Shown: piece by piece, positions 42,403-56,813 of the stretch
How the letters are laid out: each line of letters begins with the position of its first letter
Position numbering within the stretch: the stretch's first letter is position 1
From: Octopus sinensis
Lineage: Eukaryota
DNA length: 64,000 nt
Assembly: GCF_006345805.1 (NCBI RefSeq)
Contig: NC_042999.1
Coordinates: 143,344,001 to 143,408,000, forward strand
Direction: 5' to 3'
Translations under genes and position numbers: made by a program
Notes under the pieces: generated by a model
Seen by the model: only the letters and a program-made list of their open reading frames with translations
Told to the model about the DNA's origin: nothing
Database searches by the model: none

Positions 42403-42521
42403 TAATATCAAATTAATATGCCAGGTAAAACACTTAGCGGTGTTTCGTCCTTTATATATATATATATAAAAGGAGGAAACACCGCTAAGTGTTTTTACCT
42501 GGCATATTAATTTTGATATTA
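42403..42521. repeat. Near-perfect 119-nt palindrome centred on (TA)n
   Basis: Arms differ only by homopolymer lengths and one substitution, and contain a SINE-A head fragment (cacttagcggtgtttcgtc). Confidence 0.92.
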
Positions 42522-42749
42522 TATATATATTAATATATTATTTTACTTGTTTCAGTCATTTGACTGTGGCCATGCTGTAGCACTGCCCTTTAGTCGAACA
42601 AATCGACTCCACGACTTATTCTTTGTTAGCCTAGTACATATTCTGTCGGTTCTTTTTGCCGAATCGCTAAGTTACGCGGATGTAAACACACAGCATCGGT
42701 TGTCAAGCGATGTTGGGAGGACAAACTCACAAACCCACACACACACACA

Positions 42750-42791
<42 letters not shown>

Positions 42792-42961
42792 ACACACACA
42801 CACAAGCTTCTCCTGCGCTTGAGACAAGCATATACACATATAAGACAAATATATATATATATGTATATATTTGTATATACATGTGTATACATATGTGTTT
42901 ATATATATGCATGTATACATATATATATATATTAGAAAGTTTGGAGATGATGTACAGGTAT

Positions 42962-43124
42962 TATATATTAGAAGAAATAAGGTACTCAGAAATCTGGATG
43001 GTCTTATTTTTTTTATTGATATGTCACATGTTTTTATAAATCATATATAAAAAACGTGACATTAATAAAACCTGTAAATATAAACCATCCAGATTTCTGA
43101 GTACCTTATTTCTTCTAATATATA
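42962..43124. repeat. Hairpin element with perfect 41-bp outer arms and an imperfect inner stem, flanked by TA-rich repeats
   Basis: tatatattagaagaaataaggtactcagaaatctggatggt (42962-43002) vs its revcomp at 43084-43124; inner tgtcacatgtttttata / tataaaaaacgtgaca. Confidence 0.92.
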
Positions 43125-43175
43125 TATATATTATATTATATATATATATATATATTATATATATTAAAATATATA

Positions 43176-43250
<75 letters not shown>

Positions 43251-43259
43251 ATATATATA

Positions 43260-43320
<61 letters not shown>

Positions 43321-43347
43321 GGAGATGTATAAGTATATGTATATGCA

Positions 43348-43389
<42 letters not shown>

Positions 43390-43426
43390 ATATGCATATA
43401 TGTATATATGCATACATCCATATATA

Positions 43427-43467
<41 letters not shown>

Positions 43468-43849
43468 CACACGCAAGTGTATATAGTCGCATATACATAT
43501 ACTTTATATACTGTATATATATACATTGCAAATATCTATGCATAAATATTTGTATACGTTTTTCTGCGTTCATTCATACATATGTGTATGGATCTGATTT
43601 TCCCGTACTTCTTAAATAATTTTCGATCTCCCGTTATGTGTCTTTCATTCCATCATTCTATCTCATCTTTGTTGTTTTTTTGTATTTGTCGGTCTTATAA
43701 TTCTGGTATCCTCTACAGGTAGTGTTGTTGCTAAGACGATTGAAGTTGTCAACATCTTAAGGATTCAAGTGATGTAACAGATTTTTGTTTGTATTTTATT
43801 CTTCATTTATTATCCTATTCTAGTCTACATGTATATCCATATATGTGTT

Positions 43850-43905
<56 letters not shown>

Positions 43906-44128
43906 AGGTCTATATATGAACACATCCACGTAGGCATACGCAACACAATTTATAGCGGCATAATCACTCATTTTAAGATCTATGGAATACTATTTACTGC
44001 TGAATAGCGAGTTGTATAATAAATTCATATGTACCTAACATTCACATATACATACATACATCTATAGATATATGTGTGTGTGTGGTGCGTTGTGTGTGTT
44101 GTATATATATATATATATATATACCTAC

Positions 44129-44161
<33 letters not shown>

Positions 44162-44513
44162 CATATGTACATTCTTTTATTCTTTTATTATTTTATTCAG
44201 TTATTTGACTGTGGTCATGCTGGAGCACCGCCTTTGGTCGAACAAATCGACTTAGGACTTATTCTTTGTAAGCCTGGTACTTATTCCATCGGGCACTCTT
44301 GCGCAGTTTCGGGGACGTAAACACACCATCACCGATAGTCAATTGATTGTGTGTGTGTGGCGGGGACAAACACAGACAGACAGATACCCCCCCCACACAC
44401 ACACATACAATGAGAGTATTTCCGTTTCCGTCTACCAGATCCATTCACAAGGCTCTGGTCAGGCCGAAGCTATAGTAGAAGACACTAAACCAAGGTGCCA
44501 CGCAATGGGACTT

Positions 44514-44571
<58 letters not shown>

Positions 44572-45460
44572 ACATATATATATACATAAATATATATATA
44601 TATATATATATACAAATACATATACATATACATATATACATACACACGCACATACATACATACATACATACATACATACATACATACATACATGTATACT
44701 TAGGCTAGATGGTAAGTAGCTTGCTTACCAACCACATAGTTCCGGGTTCAGTCCCAGTGCGTGGCACCTTGGGTAAGTGTCTTCTACTATAGCTTCGGGC
44801 CAACCAAAGCCTGATGGATTGATTTGGTAGACGGAAACTGAAAGAAGCCCGTTGCATATTCATGTATGTATGTCTGTGTATGTGTTTGTGTGCGTCTGCG
44901 TTTGTTCACCCACCATCGCTTGACAACCGATATTGGTGTGTTTGCGTCTCCGTAACTTGGCAGTTCGGCAAAAAGGGCCGATAGAATAAGTACTAGGCTT
45001 ACAAAGAATAAGTCCTGGGGTCGATTTGTTCGTCTAAAGGCGGTGGTCCAGCATGGCCGCAGTCAAATGACCGTAGTCAAATGACAGCATGACCGCAGTC
45101 AAATGTTTTAAGTTCAATTATGATAAAAGCAATTTTACATGAATCTGTTGGGTTATTCAATACTTTTCGAGTACAAATTTATTATTCTTACACAAGAATG
45201 TTGTTGACAGTAACTTCGAAGATTCGGCAGTTAAGCAATCGTTCGACTGCGATGCAGTAGAGCGAGTCTTGCTTTTATATAATCTCTGTTCAGTTAAAAT
45301 CATTTTTGGGTGTATGGGTTGAATGGAGTGGAATTAGGTTTTAATGGTCGGTTGCTATGGAAAAGTGTCTTGGATAAACTTTTAATTGATTAAATTTGTT
45401 ATTTTTTAGAAGTTATTCATGTATGTAAAACTTTGTAAACACATACATAATACACACATA

Positions 45461-45498
<38 letters not shown>

Positions 45499-45503
45499 TG
45501 CGT

Positions 45504-45534
<31 letters not shown>

Positions 45535-45599
45535 CGTGCGTGTGTGTGTGTGTGTGCACGCGCGCACGTGCGTACACATATATTATTATTATTTTCTAC

Positions 45600-45985
45600 A
45601 CTAGGCACAAGGCCCGGGATTTTTTGGAGGGGCCAGTCGATTAGATCGAATCAGTACGCAACTGGTACTTAATTTATCGACCCCGAAAGGATGAAAGGCA
45701 AAGTCGACCTCGGCGGAATTTGAACTCAGAACGTAAAGACAGATGAAATACCTATATCTTTACTACCCACAAGGGGCTAAACACAGAGAGGACAAACAAG
45801 GACAGACAAACGAATTAAGTCGATTATATCGACCCCAGTGCGTAAATGGTATTTATTTAATCGACCCCGAAAGGATGAAAGGTAAAGTCAACCTCGGTGG
45901 AATTTGAACTCAGAACGTAGCGGCAGATGAAATACCGCTAAGCATTTCGCCCGGCGTGCTAACGTTTCTGTCAGCTCGCCGCCTT
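45600..45985 (-). mobile_element. SINE-A dimer, second copy with the same junction
   Basis: Same architecture and junction (gtgggtagtaaagatataggtatttcatc) as 14950-15342. Confidence 0.9.
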
Positions 45986-46435
45986 TATATATATGATTAT
46001 TGCCTCATCTTGTGCGATGATTGTCGTCTCACATTTCAGCCTGACTATTCTGCTTTACTTTCAGCCTTATATGTGTATGATCAACATCGAACTTTATAAA
46101 ATACAAAAGAGATTAAGAAATGAACTAATGGCGAAGCATCTGTATGTCATTTACAAGATGATTGGTAGTATTTTGACAGCAAGTTTTATGTCAGAATATC
46201 TTTCTCCTAAAAAAAGCTATCTTCTCCAAACACATGTCTTTGGCATGTTTCACTCATTAACTCTCGACCATGCTGGGACACTCCTTCAAGGACTTAGTCG
46301 AACAAATCGATGCCTTGTAATCATTTTTTTCTAAGCCTGGTACATATTCTGTCGCCTTTCTTTGGCCGAACCGCTAGATTACGGAAATGTAAGCAAACCA
46401 ATAGCAGCTGTCAAGCTATTGTGGGGTGGAAAACA

Positions 46436-46529
<94 letters not shown>

Positions 46530-46712
46530 CATGCATATATGGCTACAGGATATCACCAACAGTAAACAACATAAAATACGAAAACAAATGACTTCAATAC
46601 GGAAACAACGAGAGAAACAAATGGAAAACAGGACAAATAACGCAAAGAACGACCCTTCATCAGTCGTCGGCTGTCTATCTAGTACTCCTCATTTCGAGGT
46701 GACGCGCAGACC

Positions 46713-46746
<34 letters not shown>

Positions 46747-46906
46747 TCCAGGAGTGCAGGCACTGTGGGTTTGGCGAGTCCTCTAGAGTGCTTTTACTTC
46801 ATGCAGAGATATGTCGGACCTATTCTTTACTGAAGATACCTGCACAGCATATTGACGCGCGCGCGCGCGCGACGCACGCACACGCGCGCACGCACACACA
46901 CACACA

Positions 46907-46949
<43 letters not shown>

Positions 46950-47219
46950 CACACATTGACTTAGATGCGGGCGCAGAATCCTAGAATATTCTTAAATATT
47001 CAACCTAGAAAATTACAGAACATGCAGTTACAGAATGAACATTGCGGGCACAGAATGCTAGAATACTTTTATGTATTGAAGCTGGAATAATACTGGAAAG
47101 GAAGAAAAAAAATTAAAATATTGTTGCTGGATTTAGAAATTGCTAAACATATATTTCTGGCATATTTCTGAAATTGTTCATCAAATAGTGGGGGCACTTT
47201 TTGTTTTCAATATTTTTTT

Positions 47220-47565
47220 GCTTTTCGTCTGTTTTTATGTTCTGAGTTCAAATTCCTCCTAGGTCGGCTTTGCCCTTCATCCTTTCGGCGGTCGATAAAT
47301 TAAGTACCAGTTGCGTACTGGGGTCGATCTAATCGACTGACCCCCTCCCCCAAAATTTCGGGCATTAGATAATTAAGTAGAAAAGAATATTTTTGTGTTT
47401 TTCGTCTGTCTTTACGTTCTAAGTTCAAATTCCGCCGAAGTCGACTTTGCCTTTCATCCTTTCAGGGTCGATAAATTAATTACCAGTTGTATACTGGAGT
47501 CGATCTAATCGACTGGCCCCCTCCCCCAAAATTTCGGGCATTGTGCTTAGAGTAGAAAGAAATAT
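47220..47565 (+). mobile_element. Two head-truncated SINE-A monomers in tandem
   Basis: Both start at ttcgtctgt(c/t)ttta(c/t)gttct, the same point at which the second monomer of the dimer begins. Confidence 0.85.
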
Positions 47566-47874
47566 CTTTTTTGCTTTTTATAGAAAATTATTTAAATTTA
47601 AGTTGATAATTTTATTGAAAAATTTCTTTGGTCTCTGGGAAGAATTCGAGTTTGATCTTGGCCAGACAGAGCGGTTGGTGTCTTTCTATGTTTATATATA
47701 TGTTTATATATGCAAGGATGGATGTGTGATAAAAGCCGTATCATTGCAGGTTTTGTCGCACATTTTCTACTCTAGGTTTTGTAGCATGTTGAGCAGATGT
47801 CTTTTACTATAGCTCCGCGCCAACCAGCGCCCTGTGTGAATGGATTTGGTAGATGGAAGGTGAAAGGAACTTGT

Positions 47875-47919
<45 letters not shown>

Positions 47920-48121
47920 CTTCTTTTACTTGTTTCAGTCATTTGACCGCGGCCATGCTGGAACACTGCCTTAGTCAAACAAGTCGAGTAGGGGACCTAT
48001 TTTTTGCAAGCCTAGTACGTATTCTGTCGGTCTCTTGTCGAACCGCTAGATTACGGGAACGTAAGCACACCAACATCGGTTGTCAAACGATGGTAGGGGG
48101 ACGAGCACAGACATACAATCA

Positions 48122-48198
<77 letters not shown>

Positions 48199-49065
48199 GA
48201 TGGGTTTCTTTCAGTTTCCATCTACCACATCCACTCACAGGACTTTGGTCGGCCTGAAATATAGCAGAAGACACTTGCTCAAGGTTCCACGCAGTGGGAC
48301 TGAATCTGGAACCATGTGGTTGGGAAGCAAGCTTCTTACCACACAGCCACTCCTAAACGGTTGCATGTGCGTGTGTTTGTGTGCCTATGTTTGTACCCCA
48401 ACTGCTTGACAATAGAATAAGTACCAGGCTTTAAAAAAATGTACAAGGGTCTATTCGTTCGGCTAAAATTCTTTATGTCGGTGTCCTAACATGGCCGCAG
48501 TCTAATGACTGAAACAAGTTAAAAGATGTGTAAATATGTTTATATATTTATATATATGTTATGTTTTTTTTCTGTCTGAAGGTCCCAGATGAACATCATG
48601 ATAGAAGACAAAAAGAAGAGTATCTCCGTCCAACACGCTTCTTCACCAAAAGAAGTGCAGAAAGGTGACCCCAAAACACGGAAGTGCTGTGCCTTCAGCA
48701 TCACCCCAGCATCTGACTGAAACCAGTAAAATGTAAAAGATAAAAGAGAAAAGATATATATATTCTAAAACATTACACACACACACATACACACATACAC
48801 ACACATATGTGTGTGTATTGTTTTATTCTTTTACTTGTTTCAGTCTTTTGATTGCGGCCAAGCTGGAGTACCGCCTTAAAGGATGTTAGTCGAAGAAATC
48901 GACCCCAGGATTTATTCTTTGTAAGCCTAGTACTTATTCTATGTTTCTTTTGTCGAACCGCTAAGTTACGTGGGGCGGGGGACATAAAACACCGGTATTG
49001 ATTATCAAGCGATGGCGGGGGACACAAACACAGACACACAAACATATACATATACATACACACAA

Positions 49066-49103
<38 letters not shown>

Positions 49104-49107
<4 letters not shown>

Positions 49108-49440
49108 CTCCTGCCCAATTCAGAATCACAACATATAGGTACACTGCGACACAATTTCTTTTCCTTAACAGGCCCTGCCCTGATTAACATTGTCTCAAAC
49201 CTCAAAGAGGAAAAGGATCCCATTACCTTTAAACGGATTCTGGACAGACTTCTTCAAGGAATACCAGGCAAGCCACCATACCTGGATACAACTCACTCAA
49301 CAAGAACTCAATTCTTGAATGGACCATGAACAAAACTTGGCTTAAAAAGGATTTAGATAATCCTATCAGGTGGTGCTATTAAGTTAGACATGGCCTGGAC
49401 CAATCTTTGGTCGAAACATTTCTAAGTTTTATCTAAGCAT
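49104..49440 (+). mobile_element. CR1/L2-group LINE 3' end inserted inside a SINE
   Basis: TLRHNFFSLTGPALINIV..KEEKDPITFKRILDRLLQGIPGKPP followed by a 3' UTR with hairpin gacca-atctt-tggtc; lies within the internal microsatellite of the SINE-B copy at 48822-49613. Confidence 0.75.
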
Positions 49441-49613
49441 TATATATATATACGACGTGCTTCTTTTTGTTTCCGTCTACCAAATCCATTCACAAGGCTT
49501 TGGTTGGCCCGAGGCTATAGAAGACACTATCGCAAGGTGCCACGGAGTGGGGCTGAACCCGGAACCATGTGGTTGGGAAGTAAGCTTCTTACCACACAAC
49601 CACGCCTGCGCCC

Positions 49614-49644
<31 letters not shown>

Positions 49645-50138
49645 TGTATGTATGTATGTATGTATGCATGTATGTATATGCGTACATACACACACACGTG
49701 AATACACACACACACACACGGACACACAGATAGCTAGATAGATGGAGATAGCTAGATAGATAGATATTGCTCTTAAATTTGTGTGGCTTTATGCGCGCGC
49801 GTATGTTTATTTAATTATTTCTGTCAGCTCCCTACCCATCGTCTTCATTCAATAGAACGTTAATTGTTGGTTGGCTGCTCTGTTTACATACTCACTTCCC
49901 CTTCCACACTTAAGCGCTCCTTCTTTATACCCCCCTCTAGTTGAGACCTGCCTCCCTTCCTCTTGTGTCTCCAACCTTTGCTCACTGATTACATCGCACC
50001 TTTCCTATTATCGTCATTTACATACTGGCACGTAAAAAGTAAGTATGTGGGTGTGTAAGGTAAAGAGATGTGTGTGGACGTTGTGCTTGTGTCTATATTC
50101 GTGTGTGTATGTGTTTGTGTGTGTACATATATACAGGG

Positions 50139-50213
<75 letters not shown>

Positions 50214-50399
50214 GAGAGATGAAGAGCAGAAGAGAAGTGTACATATGTATATATGCGTGTGTGTTTGTATGCATATATATTCTTTCAATGGTTTAAGTCG
50301 TAGGTCTGTGGCTATGCTGGAGCATCGTCTTAATTTATTTTCTTTTAGTTTTATTGCCGCTTTATGGCAGGAAGTTGGTCTGTTATCGAGTTTTGGAGC

Positions 50400-50940
50400 A
50401 GCTGATTTTCTCCGAGTGCATCCTAGAATGATTGGCTGGTCCTGTATCGTCGTTAGGAGTTTATCCAATGACTTTTGCATACTAACAGTTCATGCATTCA
50501 AATTCCCTCTAATGCTGAAGTTTGGAACATACTTCTTCAGGACTTTCTATACGTATATGATACTATGTCTCTATCTTCAGCGTTCAAGAGATTAGAGAGA
50601 CGCAGAGCTTTCAGACGCTCCCAGGAATTAAGCTTTCAACTGAGAACGAATGGGTTTCGATACCAAAGCTGTGAACAGTAATCTAATCTCAGAATTAAAA
50701 TTTTCCACAGAGTCATCATCAACTACCGGTTCAGTTGTCATGAAGGTTCGTAGGTTTCATTCTATGAGATGTCTACATTTAGAGGTCAGTTTGGTGATGT
50801 GGCTGATGAAGGATGCATAATTTGACATGATTACTTCTAAGTCTTGTTTGTCATTAGCACTCTGAATCGCTGTGTTATCTGGTGTCAAATAATGTGATTT
50901 GCGTTTATTCCTTCCGTAATGAAGAACTCGAAACTTTGTC
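50400..50940 (-). mobile_element. CR1/L2-group LINE fragment (RT C-terminal region), degraded
   Basis: Frameshifted translation gives KFRVLHYGRN..QDLEVIMS..SFISHI..LRTF..MMTLWKILILRLDYCSQLW..LNSWERLKALRL..IIYV*KVLKKYVPNF..SLDKLLTTIQDQP, the typical post-RT motif series of CR1/L2-type LINEs. Confidence 0.85.
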
Positions 50941-52019
50941 TAACCGAGAAATTTTGAAAGAAATGCAGATAAAATATTTCCAGGTAAATTCTGCCTTGCA
51001 AATGATTCTTCAGTAGCCACAATAAATGTTTTTGTTACGAACAAGTTTCGCAAGTCCGGTTTAGTATATACTTCTCGGGTGCAGATAAGGATTTCTTGCT
51101 GCTATTTCGTAGCGCATGCACTCACACATGCATATACAAGATGTAACCGAAAAGGTAGATTATGTCATATCTCTGTGAAATACATTACACGTGTGATCAG
51201 TAGTTACCGAAATCGTTATCAAGGCACTACCTCCAAATGCGACTCCACGTTGTGTCTAAGACAATATATAGTGCCATTCGAAAAGATCTACCTTAGGATA
51301 ATTATATAGAAACCACCTATTATTTGAATGCATTCGCAAACATCAACAAAAGGAATATTGGTGGAACATTTCCATCACGTGGAAACTTCTACGAAGTAGA
51401 AACATAACAGGCCAGATATCGCTGTTTGGGGCAGAAAAAAAAAGCTGGAATGTCTTTAATGATAGGTTTGCAGTATCAGGGTTGATTTGCGGCTAAATAA
51501 CAGCATTATGGTAAATTTCTATATTAACACCCACAAGATTTTCACTAAGAAAAAAAAAAAAAATTTGCGTGGAATCAAGTACCCTGAGCTCACAATACGC
51601 TGCAAATCCCTTATTTTGGTTCGAAAAAAAATGAGGTGGGGGGATACTTCCCGGAATCATTGGAAATTTTTTTCGTTGAATGAATTCCTGTGACCTCCTA
51701 ATATTGCAAAATTACGTTACTTAAGCTGAGCCTGGCAACTAATGGTTTTGGGATCTTGTTGTTTGTAACTTTTGGTGAGCCATGGTGCAACCAACAACAT
51801 AGTAAAAATCCCTGCCATTAATTTGGTGTGGATGGGTAATATCAAATAATTCAATCACAACATATATTTAAATTAAGCATGAAAAAAATCGAAATATTAT
51901 CATCACTTACATGGAAAAATTGAAATATTATCTTTCAGTATTTTATAAGGTAAAATCTTAAATTATTAATTAACACATTATTAATTATCTTATAACAGCA
52001 ATGCCTGGAAAAATAATGG

Positions 52020-52537
52020 ATTACATGGGAAAATGCGAGCATGAAAAGTCATATTCTAAAGATTATAAACCCGGAAAAGTACAGGACAACTTATTACACA
52101 TGTAAAGGTATAGGACAAGCTATTACTTCTATTAAAGTAAAGAATAAGAAACATTTTAATTAAAATATTGCAGCTAAAATTAAAATTCGAATATTAAAAC
52201 TTATCTTATTATAGTTTACAAATAATACTATTCTTATTTAAGTAGAATTTGGCTAATTTGCTAGCTTAAATACAGAAAAAAAGTGACTAATTAGACAAAC
52301 TTACAAATTAGCTGACAGTTTTGTACAATAAATTTAAAAGATGAGAACTGTAAAGAGTGATAAATTAGAACTGGCATTCTTTGCTGCAATATCTTAAGTA
52401 AAAAGTTTCTTATTCTTTACTTTACTAGAAGTAATAGCTTGTCCTATACTTTTACAGTTGTAATAACGTATCCTATACTTTTCCAGGTTTATAATCTTAA
52501 GAATATGACTTTTCATGGTCGCATTTTTCCATGTAAT
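52020..52537. repeat. Long inverted repeat (155-bp arms, 208-bp spacer), MITE/foldback-like
   Basis: 52020-52174 vs revcomp of 52383-52537, roughly 88-90% identity by eye; no TSD seen. Confidence 0.92.
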
Positions 52538-53954
52538 ACACACACACACACAATATATATTTGTAGCACAATAAAGGGGTAAATGACACGGTATATTCCC
52601 GTCACAGGCCATTACTTTCAGTTTTCTCCTGTACTGCTTTCAACTGTACCGGCTCTTACTCAAGTTACATTTACAAATCAGAGTACATTTTAGGTCATTG
52701 ACTATTGACTTGATGCTTCTTAGTTCATCGACTTAGTTGAATCTCACTCCACCTACATCTCGTTGTTTCTCTCCCTCCCTCCCCTCTCTCTTTCTCTATC
52801 TCCCCCTCTCCCTCTCTCTGATTTAACACTTCGTGGGTCAAAATAATTTATATGTTAGGGATCAAATGATCTATTATGATCATTGACATTCCTCGTCGGG
52901 AAGGCTTAGTTTAACGGTGACCGTCTAGTTACTTGTATCTCGTAGATTAATTAAGCTGTGTTTCCTGCTTTTTTGAAAGTGTTAAAAAGTGATTTGTGAG
53001 TGATTTGACTGCAGCGTTTAGCAAGCTGACTGACAACATTGGTGGCGGGAAAGGTTTCGACCATCATGATTATATATCTCGAACATCATGATTATATAAT
53101 TTTAAGGGACTTAACTCCCTGAACTGAAAAGGAGTGAATCTTTGAGGAAACGTGTAGTGATACGATAGTTATATCTATACTATAGACGCCACAAAAACAT
53201 TCAACTTTCTAATTAACACCAAAGCAATTAAGAGTTAATGTAACACACACACACGGTTGTACGTACGAACGTATGTATGTATGTATGTATGTATGTATGT
53301 ATGTATGTATGTATGTATGTATGTATGTATGCATATATGTATGTGTGCGTATATATAATCGGGGCTTTACGTTCTGAGTTCATATTCCGCCGAGGTCGAC
53401 TATGCCATTCATCCTTTCGGGGTCGATAAATTAAGTACCAGTTGCATAGTGGGGCCGATATAATCGTCTGGCCCCTCCCCCAAAATTTTGGGCCTTGTGC
53501 CTAATGTAGAAAAGAATATATAATTGTGACTCTGTATATTTGCATGTCTATGTGCGTGTATATATGTGTATCTGTGTGTGTGTGTGATTCAGAAAAACAT
53601 ATCAAATTTCCGGAACAGAAGGCCAGCTACTGGTTCAATGCACAAAATTCGTTGGGGAAATACTATGAAACATGTTTTAAATATTCACCAGGCTGCAAAG
53701 CCTGTCCATTCCAAACCAGAATTTTTCAAACCAACAATATTTAGCTCTGTATTCCAAACGCTATTAATTTTGACTTCCAGCATGGACCACATACGTTGAC
53801 TCACTCAACGTGTGAACTCGACGACCTTGTGTACCTTTGAGTGGTTCTTAAACTTTAATCAAGAGCTTATATGCAACTGAGTAAAACAAGCTCCTGTCAC
53901 TCATACCAGTTTTTTTTTTAAGTAGCTCTTAACTGTTTTCTCTATCAATTGGAG

Positions 53955-54250
53955 TGGAGGCACATGGCCTAGTGGTTAGAGCAGCGGACTCGCGGTCGAG
54001 GGATCGCGGGTTCGAATCTCAGACCGGGTCATGTGTGTGTTTATGAGCGAAACACCTAAGATCCACGCGGCTCCGGCAGAAGGTAATGGCGAACGTCTGC
54101 TGACTCTTTCGCCATAACTTTCTCTCACTCTTTCCTCCTGCATCTTGCAGCTCACCTGCGACAGACCGGCGTCCCGTCCAGGTGGGGAACCTATACGCCA
54201 AGGAAACCGGCCCTTATGAGCCAGGCGTGGCTTGAGAAGGAACAAACAAA
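53955..54250 (+). mobile_element. tRNA-derived SINE type C (body1 + tail1), well preserved
   Basis: A-box tggcctagtgg at 53965-53975, B-box ggttcgaatct at 54009-54019, tRNA-like head, tail ending ggaaaccggcccttatgagcc..aacaaacaa. Confidence 0.9.
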
Positions 54251-54698
54251 AAAAAATCTATCAATTGGACGGATATAAGTACAGATTGGATAAGACAGCA
54301 ATATCGAGCTCTTTGTTGGTTCATCATGCAAAGAGAGCATTGTGGTTAAATAAGAATAGAGATGAGATCTACCAAACTAGTTTCATTGCTTTGTATCATG
54401 TTGAAGATGGCTTACTCACTATTCCTAACCACATAGTGAATAGTAGCTTATAACTATTTATATTAAACACAAACTCAGATAGAACTAAATACGCCTTCTC
54501 TAATTTTCATAAAGCGTAATCATCGGCAACAGAATTTAATTAATTAATATAAGCACCACAGAGTGTTTTTGATTTAGTTGTAGGGTAAACTTATAGATGG
54601 GTATTTTTTGGAGAGAGATATTTTAAACCCAACTGCGAAAAGTAGACCACACTTCTTATCTCATTTCTTTCTCTTCATGTACCATGCTTGTTTTGCAG

Positions 54699-56583
54699 GC
54701 ATTGGTGTTCAAAGACTTCTATGGTAAATTCGGAATGTTCATAATTTTTCTTGGGTAATATAAAATGTTTTTTTCTCGCTTTTTGCCCATTTAATTCGTT
54801 TACTCCGCTAGTCGCCTTCTTTCTCGAGCTTATCCTTGAAGCATAGGGCTTATTTAACTCGTATCCAGGACTGATTCACGTAACATCAAGTTATTTTCAC
54901 GCGCAAACGGGCCTGTGTACACATGTTTAGGGGCTTGCCTTACTCCAAGTTCTATTTTAACCAAAACTGGGGTCCTCAACAGATACTAATACTCTGGGCC
55001 AGAGTGGACCTAAGATTATTGGAGAAACTCTATACTCCCCCAAATTCCTGAACTCCCGCACCGGATGCAGTTAGCTGTTGACCAGCATCAGAAAAGTAGA
55101 TATTGCAGTTAAACATCATTTTTTTCGGTGACTAGAAGGAAGAGTTCAACCTGACAAGTTTCAGCATTTATTATTGCTTCATTACAGTTCACTTACACAC
55201 TATTCATGGAGACTGAAAAAATAGTAGCTTGTAGCTATTTATATTACATACAGATGTAGATACACTAAGTTTGTGTAATTTGGTATGTGTACATTGCATA
55301 CACTTACACTTTTACACGCATAGATAAAAGCTCAACCGTCAAACGCAAGCGAGTACATTATAATGGCTCGTACCACGCTTTCTCTGATTGTTTTATGTAG
55401 CCACATTCAGATAGTCATTTTTTTCGACCCTTCTACTCTTGACCCAGCAGAACATTGAAGATGTGACAGTTGGATGGAAATTGGGCAGCACCGTCAGTCC
55501 GTTGATAATCTTTGTCCGTGAGGTACGCTGGGATTATGTGAACTGCTGTACTTTACTTAAGAAAACTATGCACCTCCCAGACATATATAAATAACATATG
55601 TATGTATGAATGTACGTCATTATTCAGTTTTATTTCAAGATTTCTTGTCAATAGAGAAAAAACCGTTTCTAACCTAGATCCAAGGCTCCTTCATTGGAAT
55701 TTCATCATCAACAAGGTATTTTTGTATGTATGTATGAATGTATGTGTGTGTGTATGTGCAAATTCGTATTCTTTGTCTTATGCATGTATTCTCATGCATA
55801 TAGTTGCATGTCTAGACATGCTCATATGTACTTTGTGTATGTATGTATGTATGTATGTATGTATGTATGTATGTATGTATGTATGCATGTACATTCTCCG
55901 CTGATTGATAGTATTCAACAGCTATCCTATGAAAGTGTAGATGCATATAACCAGAAAGAAATCTTTTAAACTCTGCTCAGTTTTGCATGTTTCTAGAGAC
56001 AATCTTTAGGAGGCCGGCAATTATTTCTCACCAATAAGAACATGTCAAGACAACTGTGAGCTAAGGTTTGTACGGAAACCGACTGAAATTTGTGAGGAAT
56101 TTCAAGCAAAAATTCGTCCCCAACGTTACATTGCATGGTTTCTTAGATGCTGAATCTAACTGGAATCTGTGTAACAGAGTACTGTACACATGTACGTGAG
56201 TTTGAATTTACAAACGAAAGAAAAATGCTCCCTAAATGTCGTAAAGTTTAGCAGAAAGAATTGTGTGTATGGGGAGGGGGGAGCGATGAAACGAAAAGAG
56301 AGAAGTTAGTGAGGAGTGAGCGAGAGAAGTCGAACAATTGTTTTGTGAAATACTTTAAAAGCGATGACAAATGTTGTTATTGATAATGATAATGATACTG
56401 ATAATGACAATGATTTGCTGTATGAATTTCTCATATGCTTATGTTAGTAATAACTAATCAATTCAAGAACAATTGTGATGATGATGATGATAATGATGAC
56501 GATGATGACGATGACATTGATGATGATAACAGCAACAACAACAATAATAATGATGATTATGATGATAATGATGATGATGATGA

Positions 56584-56649
<66 letters not shown>

Positions 56650-56676
56650 CTTGCATTGTCTCAATAATGACGAAAA

Positions 56677-56723
<47 letters not shown>

Positions 56724-56738
56724 ATAATAATAATAATA

Positions 56739-56813
<75 letters not shown>

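Noticed and set aside
46600-46715. Hammerhead ribozyme on the minus strand (gaaa ... ctgatga)
   Set aside because: The core words are present, but stems II and III cannot be paired in any topology I tried.
53955-54030. Genuine tRNA gene
   Set aside because: A and B boxes are present, but the sequence continues into a SINE body and tail shared with other copies and there is no clean acceptor stem or terminator.
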